A stretch of DNA of 63,717 nucleotides, the filler included. It is 3 parts of 3 records of this genome, joined end to end, with 100 filler letters (N's around TTAATTAATTAA, not from the genome) between each part and the next. Parts side by side here need not be neighbours in the genome. Positions count along the whole stretch, not along the records: positions 33,886 to 63,717 come from SRR31156797_7582; 2 more parts are not named here. The stretch is one strand, 5' to 3'. This document shows, in pieces, positions 48,353 to 57,369 of this stretch (the first letter of the stretch is position 1; the number at the start of each line of letters is the position of its first letter). The translations under genes were made by a program, and so were the position numbers. The notes beneath the pieces are model-generated. The model was given only the letters and a program-made list of their open reading frames with translations. It was not told the origin of the DNA and ran no database searches.

Positions 48353-48381
48353 TTGACATTATTCATAACAATCATTAACTT
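48353..48381 (+). promoter_or_regulatory. sigma70 promoter
   Basis: TTGACA-N17-TAACTT. Confidence 0.55.
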
Positions 48382-48411
48382 TAATATCATGATTTGGCAG
48401 CGATGAATTCG

Positions 48412-48468
48412 TGGACGACCAAATGGAATGTTTCCGGACGGGGGCTCGACTCTCTTCACCTCCACCCA
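48412..48468 (+). other. Degenerate 3' end of tmRNA (ssrA), probable att-site relic
   Basis: GGACGGGGGCTCGACTCTCTTCACCTCCACCCA resembles the tmRNA T-arm/acceptor end GGAC(G)GGGGTTCGACTCCCCCCGCCTCCACCA; no 5' GGGG(G/C) part or tag ORF seen. Confidence 0.55.
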
Positions 48469-48797
48469 TTAGCCCTGAAATGACCAAAACTTCAGGCTCG
48501 TCAAGCGCCTGATTTCGTAGATCGCTTATCGAACGTCCCCGTTATCGAATCTTGCCCCCCTCCGACCGTTTAGGAACCTTCAAAAGTGTTTACATTTGCT
48601 TTTTTCGGAAAAAATATCCGTTGATGCCAAACAGCTAATTTTGCTCTAACACTGCAATTGTTTTCTTGATTCACCCATTCTCATAAAATAGAGATGCGCT
48701 TAATGGCTGACAACCAGCCGCGGCATCACGACGGATATAAAGGCGCCGAAAGCATTCCGCTTTTGCCCTTGGCGCCCTTATGGAAGGAGGTGAGATC

Positions 48798-49565
48798 ATG
48801 AAAACATTAATCACGATCCTAACGGTTTTACTGTTTGCCGTACCCGGCTGGACAATGCAGTTGCCGAAAGCAGACAAAGCGCCGGAAGTGAAAGGCAAGT
48901 GCCCTAAAACTCAGGTGGTGGGTGATGTATCAGATTGTCTGCGGTGCCATGTGGAGGGTAGTTTTGCCGTCAAAGAGCCAAAAATGGGGGCAACCCGGAA
49001 TTATCCAACCTTTAACATGGATGTCCTCACAGACGAAAAAGGTGAATATGGCTACTATCTACTGAAGGAGATTGACCCGGAAGGGATAAAGAAATTTATA
49101 GAATATCTTCTGCTCCACAAAATCAAGCGCGCCATCATTGAAATCTACACTCCCGGCGGCAACCTCTTTGGCGCATGGCGTATTATCGGCCTAATGAATA
49201 TGGCAAAGACAAAGGGGATTGTTATTGAAACCCGTTGTCATGGGTTTGCCGCATCGGCTGGGTTTTTGATTTTTATTAGCGGCACAATGGGGCATCGCAC
49301 CATATCGCCCCAATCCGCCATGATGTGGCACGAATTACTCTCATTCAAGTTCCTGAGCATTGAGACGCCCTCCAGCAGTGAAGATGAGGCAAGAATACTC
49401 AGAGCGCTTCAGGATACCGCCAACAAGTATATCGCCAGTCGATGCAAGCTCACTAAAGAGGCATTAGATGAAAAGGTCAAACGCAAAGAGTTCTGGATGA
49501 ACGGGCAGGAAGCCTATGAAGATGGGTTTGCAGATAAACTTCTGACGACCAAGGAAATGAAATGA
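48798..49565 (+). CDS. ClpP-like (S14) serine protease with N-terminal signal peptide and CxxCH motif
   Basis: AAGGAGGTGA RBS; MKTLITILTVLLFAVPGW; DCLRCH; IYTPGG, GFAASAG (Ser), MMWHE (His), EFWMNGQEAYEDGFAD. Confidence 0.85.
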   Translation: MKTLITILTVLLFAVPGWTMQLPKADKAPEVKGKCPKTQVVGDVSDCLRCHVEGSFAVKEPKMGATRNYPTFNMDVLTDEKGEYGYYLLKEIDPEGIKKFIEYLLLHKIKRAIIEIYTPGGNLFGAWRIIGLMNMAKTKGIVIETRCHGFAASAGFLIFISGTMGHRTISPQSAMMWHELLSFKFLSIETPSSSEDEARILRALQDTANKYIASRCKLTKEALDEKVKRKEFWMNGQEAYEDGFADKLLTTKEMK

Positions 49566-49724
49566 CAATGGATCGCGCATATGGGCGTCGTCAACCAACC
49601 ATGAAGAAGGCCTCCGGTTTTCCCGCAGGGCAAACAACATGGCAAAATCGAACTCATCCTTGAAAAATCACCCAGGGGCAAGTCCAAAACTCCCATTTGC
49701 CATGTTGTTTATACAATTATAGGG

Positions 49725-51008
49725 TTAATATTGTTCATACACCCATGAGCGGGTGGACGGAAACAACACGCCCGCGAGCAACCCGGTTTCATCCGGGGTG
49801 ATCCGGGATTTCATCCTCACATACTGATTGGCCGGGAAAATGTCCGGTCTGTTGAATTGCAGCTCCCGCCAGGTTCGGTATCCCATGCACAGGGCCGGGA
49901 ACAGATCCGGCGGAATGCAGAAGACGTTTTCCTTTTCCTCGGCCGGGTTTCCTTTGGCCATTCGGCGGATCCGGCCGGCATCCCACCGGATGTCAATGGA
50001 CTCCTTATAAAAATAGAGGCGTAACTCCCCCCTATAATTCCTGAAAACACTATTTTGGATCCGCCGGTCAAGAACGGGCATGATCCGCTCAAGGAATTTT
50101 ATTCGGTCCGGGATTTTGACTTGCCATGCATAGGGTCTGCCCTTCTTGGCCCCCAGGGCAATGGCCATTTGGGCCCCGTTGGACCCGTTGTGCAGGTTCA
50201 AACGGATATAGGGTTTGTCCCGTTTAAGCGCTTTTTCTTTCAGGAACCCAAGCAGGCATGCAAAGGCTTCCTGGGTGATATCCTCACTGACTTCACTTAA
50301 AATAAGGCCGTCTCCAAATCCATGGCCCGGCACCCTGCAGTAGAATTTTCCCCCTCCCTGGGGGTGTTCCATAATCCAAAATTCAGAACCGTACTCGGTT
50401 TTCAGGCTTTCCGTCATCAGGTAACGCCAGTTGTCGCGACTCCGGCAACAGGTAACGGCAAAGGCGTTTTGGTACACCCGATCCTGGGCCATAAAATAAT
50501 CCATGTCCTCGACGGTTCCCAGTCGGATTAAATACCCGGCATCAGGGATTTCCGGAACGGCGTGAAGGGGAAAATCGATATGGTTTTCAAACTCAACGGC
50601 ATAGTAAAAGCCGAAATGATGATAAAATCCCGGGATGCCCTGAATAATGGCCATATGGAAGTTCTCCTCTTCCAGGGTGCGGTCAAAGGCCCGGTTCAAT
50701 TGCTTCATCAGCCCCTTATTCCGATGGGCTTCCCTGGTTGCAACGAGGCCCATTTCAGCCACTTTCAACGGGATGCCGTCCATTTGCCAGGTCCAGGGGA
50801 GCAAGGCAAAGGCAGCCACGATTTTGCTGGTTTTTTTCTCTTCGGCAATAAACCAATAGTTTTTTTTCATGCCGGGGAGAGAATGAAACAGGGTTCCGGC
50901 GAGTTCCCCCACTTTCTCAGGATAAAACACTTCAGAATAAAGATCATGCAGTCCGTCGGCGTCCTTTATGGATTCGGCGTTTCTGATCAGATAATGCGCT
51001 TCTGTCAT
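49725..51008 (-). CDS. GNAT acetyltransferase, Eis-like multi-domain
   Basis: VAEMGLVATREAHRNKGLM acetyl-CoA motif, GIPGFYHHFGF, second GNAT-like fold and SCP2-like tail; AGGAG RBS before MTEAHY. Confidence 0.85.
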   Translation of the reverse strand: MTEAHYLIRNAESIKDADGLHDLYSEVFYPEKVGELAGTLFHSLPGMKKNYWFIAEEKKTSKIVAAFALLPWTWQMDGIPLKVAEMGLVATREAHRNKGLMKQLNRAFDRTLEEENFHMAIIQGIPGFYHHFGFYYAVEFENHIDFPLHAVPEIPDAGYLIRLGTVEDMDYFMAQDRVYQNAFAVTCCRSRDNWRYLMTESLKTEYGSEFWIMEHPQGGGKFYCRVPGHGFGDGLILSEVSEDITQEAFACLLGFLKEKALKRDKPYIRLNLHNGSNGAQMAIALGAKKGRPYAWQVKIPDRIKFLERIMPVLDRRIQNSVFRNYRGELRLYFYKESIDIRWDAGRIRRMAKGNPAEEKENVFCIPPDLFPALCMGYRTWRELQFNRPDIFPANQYVRMKSRITPDETGLLAGVLFPSTRSWVYEQY

Positions 51009-51135
51009 GATAATTGGTCTCCTAAAAATAAACCCGCCCCGTTCAGGGCATACGGGCAAAATGTCATCATGATGATTGATGAGATTCGACATTGAGTCCT
51101 ATATATATTTTGTTTACAGGGGATTAAGTGCTGTA

Positions 51136-51403
51136 CGAAACCGGACGCACCGATGGCGGCGAGACTGCGGAAGGAGACATCAGGGCGTTGGCCTCTGGGG
51201 AAAAATGATTTCCCCCCCCGGGGGGATCGCCCTGAATGATTAAAGAAGCAGGGAATGATTTAGAAAGCAGATTTGAGACTTATCCCGTCAGCAATCCGTC
51301 GCCGGTTTCAGTGCATCGGTTTCGGCGGCAATCATCACAAGATCCTTTACTGGCGTGAACATAAAAATCCTCGTTGGCTTTTCGGTTGTGGGTCATATTA
51401 ATC
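51136..51403 (-). promoter_or_regulatory. Long structured 5' leader (putative attenuator) of the GNAT gene
   Basis: About 40-bp imperfect inverted repeat 51136-51175 / 51283-51324, inner hairpin 51180-51235, upstream TTGACA-N17-TAAATC (51439-51411). Confidence 0.55.
51288..51362 (-). CDS. Putative leader peptide (24 aa)
   Basis: GAGGA-N5-ATG; MFTPVKDLVMIAAETDALKPATDC*; last 12 codons form one arm of the leader stem. Confidence 0.5.
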   Translation of the reverse strand: MFTPVKDLVMIAAETDALKPATDC

Positions 51404-51500
51404 GACATAAGATTTACAGAACCGGCCCGCGCATGTCAATGGAAAATGGGACTGGCATTGCCTTCATCAGATGATCCGAATTTCGTCGGGCAAAATCGCA

Positions 51501-51998
51501 CTATACGATGATTTCCCATTTTGGGCATTGGTAGTAATCCAGCTGAGCCTGATTGACAGGGTATTGGCCACAGTTGAAATATCTCCAGTAGAAGGTGTCA
51601 TATGCGAGACAGCGGTTCCGTAAGCGGTCAAATAGAGGGCATCGCAATTTCGTGCAGCACTTGTTGCAGCTCCCGCAGTTCCCTTCCCCCCATTCCCACC
51701 TCTCTGAAATTCGAACCTTAGTGAGGTCCGGCCCAGTCATTGGCCTCCCCGTCAGGGACATGGATATATAACGGCGGTAGTCCCGATCCCCGATGAGCAT
51801 AAAGACATGGCGATAGGCAAAGCTAATCATGGAAGGGACGTACCCCAAATATTTCCAGAATCGAAAAGAACCAAAATAAAAATGAGACATAACAGGCGCC
51901 GCAATGAAGAAACCAATCCCCGCAGTAAAGAAGCCGAATAAAAAGAACGCGAAAAACAGTATTCTATAGAGGGACCACTTGATTTTACTAAGAGTCAT
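51501..51998 (-). CDS. Membrane protein with C-terminal CxxCxxCC (YkgJ-like) metal-binding domain
   Basis: Hydrophobic N-terminus; GNCGSCNKCC..RCP...C..Y...C..YP...CP. Confidence 0.7.
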   Translation of the reverse strand: MTLSKIKWSLYRILFFAFFLFGFFTAGIGFFIAAPVMSHFYFGSFRFWKYLGYVPSMISFAYRHVFMLIGDRDYRRYISMSLTGRPMTGPDLTKVRISERWEWGEGNCGSCNKCCTKLRCPLFDRLRNRCLAYDTFYWRYFNCGQYPVNQAQLDYYQCPKWEIIV

Positions 51999-52135
51999 GT
52001 TATCCCTGCCAATCCCGATGAAATCGGCCATTTCGTCGGAGCGAAGCGACACTGGTATTTTGTTATTTGTCAGAGTCTGTCTTGTTAGTCAAGGATGAAC
52101 GAAAATTTCTCATTGATCCTCCTTATTTGACGTAA

Positions 52136-52260
52136 ATGGAGCCCAGGCGCCCATGAAGCAAAACCCATTGACCCAAACCACCGGATCGCTTGGTCAAGGG
52201 TGAGCGTATCGCCATTACAAAGCACGGCGTTACGGCCGCGGCATTACAACCCCCTCAAAT
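52136..52260 (+). pseudogene. Phd/YefM antitoxin remnant
   Basis: Frameshifted GAHEAK(T)H ... DR.VKGERIAITKHGV.AAL.P; no toxin gene. Confidence 0.6.
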
Positions 52261-52288
52261 CGACCGGATCACACCCAATGAGAAACTT

Positions 52289-53311
52289 CTATGCATATGC
52301 CGTGATGCCGTAAAACTCACTTCGGGGCATGAACCGCGCGACCCGGACACGGTTGAAGCCGCAACCGGCAAGTTGGGTTTTTATGGCCTCCAGGTTCGGC
52401 AGGGAGGTGAGGCTTTTCAGGGAACAATTGACGATGTTGAGATTGGCGGCCATGGGGTCTCTGCCCTTGCTCTGGAAATTGTTGACCAGGGCAAGGCGGC
52501 CATTGGGGGACAGAAGAGAGCGCAGCAGACCGAAGAATTCGGGCCGTTCTTCCTGGGGCAGGTAGTAGATGAGATTGAAAGCGGTGATGAGATCGAAGCC
52601 GCCTTGCCGGGCGTCCGTCCTTGCGCGGATATCTCCGGCAATGATTTTGAAACCATCCTGCAGCCCCCATTTCTCCAAGTTGTTCCCGGCCTGGACCGCG
52701 ACCTTTTCATCTGCATCGATGCCGATTCCGCTTGCCATCGGGTTGGCTTGCCGGGCGGTTTTCAAAACAAAACCGCTGCCGCAACCCACGTCCAGAACCC
52801 GGAAGGGACCGGAAGAAGGGACCAGGGAGTGAATAAAGGCGTTAAGGATGGGCTCTCCGATTTCGGCAAAGCGGGCCACCACTTCTCCGATCTCGTCCAG
52901 ATCTTCGCCGAGAGGGGCGCCGCGCATGCGATCGGCGAGATGACGATAGGCGGCGTTATAGTAGGTAACATTTGCCTGGATGACGGCGGCCAGGGCGTCG
53001 GCATTGCCGTGGGATGCGGCCAGCACCTTGCTTCTCTTGCCCTTGAGGCTGAACCGGGTATCTTGCAGGGAGATCTCTTTTAAGGCCAGGCCCATATCCA
53101 GGAGCGCATCCAACAGTTCGGGGCGCTGGACGCGGAGTTCATCCATGAGCGTCTCCCGGGTGGACCCGGTTCGAAGGGCTTTAAGCAACCCGGTCTCCAG
53201 GGCGCCGTAAAGAAAGTGCATGCGCAAAAAGGGAAACAGATCGCGCATCACGAGCCACAGACCGGGTATTCTCATGGTTTTCCATCCGGAAAGCAGGAAC
53301 CTGACATTCAT
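52289..53311 (-). CDS. Class I SAM-dependent methyltransferase with N-terminal dimerisation helix domain
   Basis: VLDVGCGSG, GID, GDI, FDLITAFNLIYY and LLSPNG motifs. Confidence 0.9.
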   Translation of the reverse strand: MNVRFLLSGWKTMRIPGLWLVMRDLFPFLRMHFLYGALETGLLKALRTGSTRETLMDELRVQRPELLDALLDMGLALKEISLQDTRFSLKGKRSKVLAASHGNADALAAVIQANVTYYNAAYRHLADRMRGAPLGEDLDEIGEVVARFAEIGEPILNAFIHSLVPSSGPFRVLDVGCGSGFVLKTARQANPMASGIGIDADEKVAVQAGNNLEKWGLQDGFKIIAGDIRARTDARQGGFDLITAFNLIYYLPQEERPEFFGLLRSLLSPNGRLALVNNFQSKGRDPMAANLNIVNCSLKSLTSLPNLEAIKTQLAGCGFNRVRVARFMPRSEFYGITAYA

Positions 53312-53379
53312 GGGAATTCCTTTCGCATCTGTTTTCCCCGGGAGCGTTTGGAAACCGGGAGTGTATGGATCACGAAAAG

Positions 53380-53408
53380 AAATTAGAGCATTTACTCTAT
53401 TTTGTCAA
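53380..53408 (-). promoter_or_regulatory. sigma70 promoter with an embedded palindromic operator (probably for the adjacent TetR)
   Basis: TTGACA-N17-TAATTT on the minus strand; TAGAG-N6-CTCTA at 53384-53399 fills the spacer. Confidence 0.65.
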
Positions 53409-54052
53409 GACTTTTCCCGTAAACCCAGTTTTTGCGCCAGTGCGGACCACAGGACCGGGGTCAGATACCCTTTCAGGATGTAGACGATCTTTTTGAAATG
53501 GATTTGGATGGATGTTGGCGTCACAGGAATATTGCTGGTGTGGAGCGCCGTGACGATGGCTTCCGCATAGGTCCATATGATGAAAACGATGGCGTCTTGC
53601 TCTTCGGGTGGGATCGTCTGCCGAAATCCGCCCATTTGGGCGACAAAATCAAAAAGCGTCTTAAATTCCCCGGCCCGCCGCTCCTTAATATCCCGGTACA
53701 TGGCCCTGAACATCTCGTCCCGGGCCAACAGGGCCGCCAGTTCAATGTAGATAAAGCGGTATTCATAGATCAATTGGGCCGTGGCGGCGATGGTTTCGGC
53801 AATGAGGTCGATGCCGCTTTTGACCTCCCCCCGCATGTGGACCAGGGAATCGAATCCTTCAATGAGACGCGCCAGCAACTCCCTGACGATGTGTTCCTTG
53901 TTCTTAAAATGGTAGTAGAGATTGCCCGGACTGATGCCCATGGCCTTGGCGATATGGTTGGTGCTCACCTTGTGGGAGCCCTGCTCGTTAAAGAGTTGCA
54001 AGGCCGTTGTGAGAATCAGTTCGCGCCTTTTCGTTTTGGGTTTGGCTCTCAT
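53405..54052 (-). CDS. TetR/AcrR family regulator
   Basis: LFNEQG...VSTNHIAKAMGISPGNLYYHFKNK. Confidence 0.92.
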   Translation of the reverse strand: MRAKPKTKRRELILTTALQLFNEQGSHKVSTNHIAKAMGISPGNLYYHFKNKEHIVRELLARLIEGFDSLVHMRGEVKSGIDLIAETIAATAQLIYEYRFIYIELAALLARDEMFRAMYRDIKERRAGEFKTLFDFVAQMGGFRQTIPPEEQDAIVFIIWTYAEAIVTALHTSNIPVTPTSIQIHFKKIVYILKGYLTPVLWSALAQKLGLREKS

Positions 54053-54216
54053 GATGACTCTATATAATTTCTGACCGCGAAATACACGGAAAAAAAGGGG
54101 GCACTTAACAGAGCCCGGACTCCCCTTGACGCTTGGGTTGGAGGAATTGTAAGATTCAAAGAAGTTCTTGTATATTCGCTATCAACGGACAATCCCCAAG
54201 GTCAAAGGAGGACAAC

Positions 54217-55281
54217 ATGAAAATCCTGGCAATTAATTCCAGCCCCCGCAGCGCCGACCAGAGCAAAACCGAACTGATGCTCAATCATCTGGTTAAAGGC
54301 ATGCGCAGTGCCGGCGCCCAGGTGGAAACCGTGAACCTGCGGGAAAAAAAGATCAAAAATTGCATCGGTTGCTTCACCTGCTGGTCCAAGACCCCGGGAA
54401 AATGTCTTCACAAGGATGATATGACCGAGGAACTTTTCCCCAAATGGCTGGAAGCCGACCTTGCGGTCTATGCCACGCCCCTCTACTATCACACCATGAA
54501 TGCCGCCATGAGCACATTCAAGGAACGGACCCTCCCCGCCATCCTACCCTTCTTTGAGCAAGACCAAGAGGGCAAAACATACCATCCCCTGAGAGACAAG
54601 GTCCCGCCGGGGGTATGGCTTTCAGTTTGCGGATTCCCCGATGAATCGGAGTTTAATGCGCTCTCGGACTATCTGAATCACACGCGCCACAAAGACGTCA
54701 TCATTGCGGCTGAAATCTACCGGACCAGTTCTGAATATATGACCAACCCCTTTTTTGAGGAAACAGCAAAAGATATACTGGATGCCGCCACACAGGCAGG
54801 ACGAGAGTTGGTGGAGACCATGAAAGTCTCCCCCGAAACCATGGCGAGGATCAAACAACCCATCGGGGACACGGCGTTCTTTTCCAAAATGGTCAATATC
54901 TTCTGGAAAACCTGTATCGACGAAGGGGTGACACCCAAAAAATTCCGGGAGAAGAACCTGATGCCCCGTCCGGATTCCCTTGAAACCTTCATGTTCCTGG
55001 CGCCTTTCGGCCTCGATTCAAAGGCCGCAGGCGACCGTAAGGTGGTCCTGCAGTTCCATTTTTCCGGAGAAGTGGAGGATTCATGCTTTTTCACCATTAC
55101 GGAGGGGAACATCGAAGCACAAAAGGGCGCCGGGCAAAACCCGGACATCACCATTGATACGCCCTTCGGCCTGTGGATGGATATCATGACCCGAAAGGCT
55201 GACGGCCAGCAGATGTTCATGGAACAGAAGTACACGGTAAAGGGCGATATGCCTTTAATGATAAATCTATTTAGTGCCTGA
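54217..55281 (+). CDS. Iron-sulfur flavoprotein (flavodoxin-like) fused to an SCP2 sterol-binding domain
   Basis: NSSPR, CIGCFTCW...C, TPLY; C-terminal QFHFSG...PDITI...FMEQKYTVKGD. Confidence 0.85.
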   Translation: MKILAINSSPRSADQSKTELMLNHLVKGMRSAGAQVETVNLREKKIKNCIGCFTCWSKTPGKCLHKDDMTEELFPKWLEADLAVYATPLYYHTMNAAMSTFKERTLPAILPFFEQDQEGKTYHPLRDKVPPGVWLSVCGFPDESEFNALSDYLNHTRHKDVIIAAEIYRTSSEYMTNPFFEETAKDILDAATQAGRELVETMKVSPETMARIKQPIGDTAFFSKMVNIFWKTCIDEGVTPKKFREKNLMPRPDSLETFMFLAPFGLDSKAAGDRKVVLQFHFSGEVEDSCFFTITEGNIEAQKGAGQNPDITIDTPFGLWMDIMTRKADGQQMFMEQKYTVKGDMPLMINLFSA

Positions 55282-55365
55282 ACGGTATCAACTTTAGCAA
55301 ATATATAGAAATTGTTTTACAAGATAACGCATTGCATTTTTAATTAAGATTCGGAGAAAAAAAAT

Positions 55366-55452
55366 ATGCGCAAAGTTGATCCAAGAGCAAATGAGATTCG
55401 GCGAGGTAGCTATCGGAGATATCGAATTTGATGTTCGCTCTCGCGAGATCCG
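55366..55452 (+). pseudogene. N-terminal remnant of an IS transposase (ISNCY/IS5-like of Desulfobacterota)
   Basis: Frameshifted MRKV/IQEQMRFGEVAIGDIEFDVRSR(D)EI matches a transposase N-terminus I recognise. Confidence 0.55.
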
Positions 55453-55778
55453 TACGGGTCTTCATGCCTGTCCCTTCTAAGGCTTCACAAAGAAACCGCC
55501 GGGAAAAGGAACCGTATTCCGGCTAAAAGCGCATACGGAGAGAAATAGAGCGTCGGATGACCCTCATAGGAGAGCATCCTTTGCGGTTCGGCATTCGGGC
55601 CGTTGCCGGCGCTCATAGTCGATCAGGTTTCCGTGCTTGTCGAACTCCAAGCGACAACACTTGAGCAGCATGCCTTTCAACATTTCCCGGCCCCTCTGAA
55701 CCCTGCTTTTGGCGCCGGAAAGGGACAGCCGACCGTTTTTCCCTTGGAAAAACGGAACGTATCAATTGCGATCTTTTT

Positions 55779-56231
55779 TCAGGCAGGCAAACCGAGCAAT
55801 TCCCCCAATATTTCCGCCGCATCCCGACCGATCCCGTCATCGCCGCAACAGATCTTCCCCACAAGCCCTTCCTGCTTGATCTTTCTTTGACCTTCCGCCG
55901 TGCCGATGTCCGCGCCGAGGAGTTCTTTGCACCGGGTTGCCCCCCGCCGTTTCTCGAAACGGTGAAAAAGCGCTCTCACCGCCTCAGTAACTTCCACTCG
56001 CGCCCGCGCCTCATCATGATGGTTGTGTGCAAGGGCGAGCACCAGCATAGCGCCCGTAAGATACCCGCAGGTCCCGGCCAGACGTCCCATTCCCCCGCCC
56101 CAGGGTCTTCCCAGCATCTTCGCGGTCTCCTGATCCATGCCGAAGGGCTCTCCGAAAACGGTCAAAATGGCCTGGGAACAGTTCAAGCCGCCATTTCGCT
56201 GGAGATCGAATGTCTTTTCTATCCGGTTCAT
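55779..56231 (-). CDS. C_GCAxxG_C_C family putative redox protein
   Basis: NCSQA, GGGMG...TCGYLTG, CKELLG and final C. Confidence 0.88.
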   Translation of the reverse strand: MNRIEKTFDLQRNGGLNCSQAILTVFGEPFGMDQETAKMLGRPWGGGMGRLAGTCGYLTGAMLVLALAHNHHDEARARVEVTEAVRALFHRFEKRRGATRCKELLGADIGTAEGQRKIKQEGLVGKICCGDDGIGRDAAEILGELLGLPA

Positions 56232-56363
56232 TTTTGAGCCTCCCTTTTTGATTTTGCTTGACTTCGATATGACATCGAAATAGATGATAATTGATTTCCA
56301 GGTATCGCGTCAAACGATTCGTTTCGATCATACAAATCGAAATCACTGATGGGAGAATGAACA

Positions 56364-57263
56364 ATGGAGATCAGACAGCTCCGAACCTTTCAGACCGTGG
56401 CCCGGATGCTGAGCTTCAAGAAAGCCGCCGAACAGCTGCACTATGCCCAGTCCAGCATATCCGCACAAATCCAGGCCCTGGAAACGGAACTGGACGTAAA
56501 GCTCTTTGATCGATTGGGCCGGCGCATTTCACTCACCGAAGCGGGCGAAAGATTATTGCACTACGCGCAAAAAATCGTCGATCTGGCGGATGAGGGCCTG
56601 GCCGAGATGGTAAGTTCCAAGGAACCGGAGGGGACCCTCACCATAAGGGCGCCCGAAAGTTTTTGCGTTCACCGGCTTCCCCCCGTGGTGAAGCGGTTCA
56701 GATCGCGGTTTCCGAAGGTTGGCATAAATTTCATCACCTGCGCGGTGGAAGATCTCCAAAAAGACCTTCGGAAGGGGATCACGGATCTGGCCTTTCTGCT
56801 GACCGAGTCCATCCAGAGTGCGGACCTGGAAGCAAAGGCCATCGGTTTCGAACGCCTAATGCTTGTGTCCGGTCCCGAGCACCCCCTGGCGGCGCATCCT
56901 GAAATTCGGACCCGGGATCTGGAAGGAGAAACCCTCCTTTTATCCAAAGCGGATTGCAGCTACCGGAAGTCATTTGAACGGATTCTTGATCATGAAAACG
57001 TGGAAACCGCCGCAACCCTGGAATTCAACAGTGTTGAAGCCATCAAACAGTGCGTTATGGCGGGGGTCGGCATCACCATACTTCCCGAAATAACCGTGGT
57101 CCGGGAAATCGCTCAAGGGGGGCTCGCGGCCCTTCCTTGGGAAGAAGGTGAAATGGAAACGGCTCTCCTGATGATCCGGTACAAAGAGCGGTGGCTTTCT
57201 CCAACCCTAAGGGCATTCATCAGGATGGCCGAGGAAACGTATCTCCCTTTCAATAGACCCTAA
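56364..57263 (+). CDS. LysR family regulator, divergent from the C_GCAxxG_C_C gene
   Basis: SFKKAAEQLHYAQSSISAQIQALE..LF.R.GR..LTEAG. Confidence 0.93.
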   Translation: MEIRQLRTFQTVARMLSFKKAAEQLHYAQSSISAQIQALETELDVKLFDRLGRRISLTEAGERLLHYAQKIVDLADEGLAEMVSSKEPEGTLTIRAPESFCVHRLPPVVKRFRSRFPKVGINFITCAVEDLQKDLRKGITDLAFLLTESIQSADLEAKAIGFERLMLVSGPEHPLAAHPEIRTRDLEGETLLLSKADCSYRKSFERILDHENVETAATLEFNSVEAIKQCVMAGVGITILPEITVVREIAQGGLAALPWEEGEMETALLMIRYKERWLSPTLRAFIRMAEETYLPFNRP

Positions 57264-57369
57264 CCGGATTTTCGCCCTTCTTCCGGGAATTCCACCGCAA
57301 CGGGCATGGCGGACGGATTTACCAGCGCTCTGATTATTCCGCCCATCCGCATCCATTGGTCCATAATGC

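Noticed and set aside
48412-48468. Functional tRNA or complete tmRNA gene
   Set aside because: The T-loop is mutated (GCTCGA), the stem is mispaired, and no matching 5' acceptor strand or anticodon arm is present.
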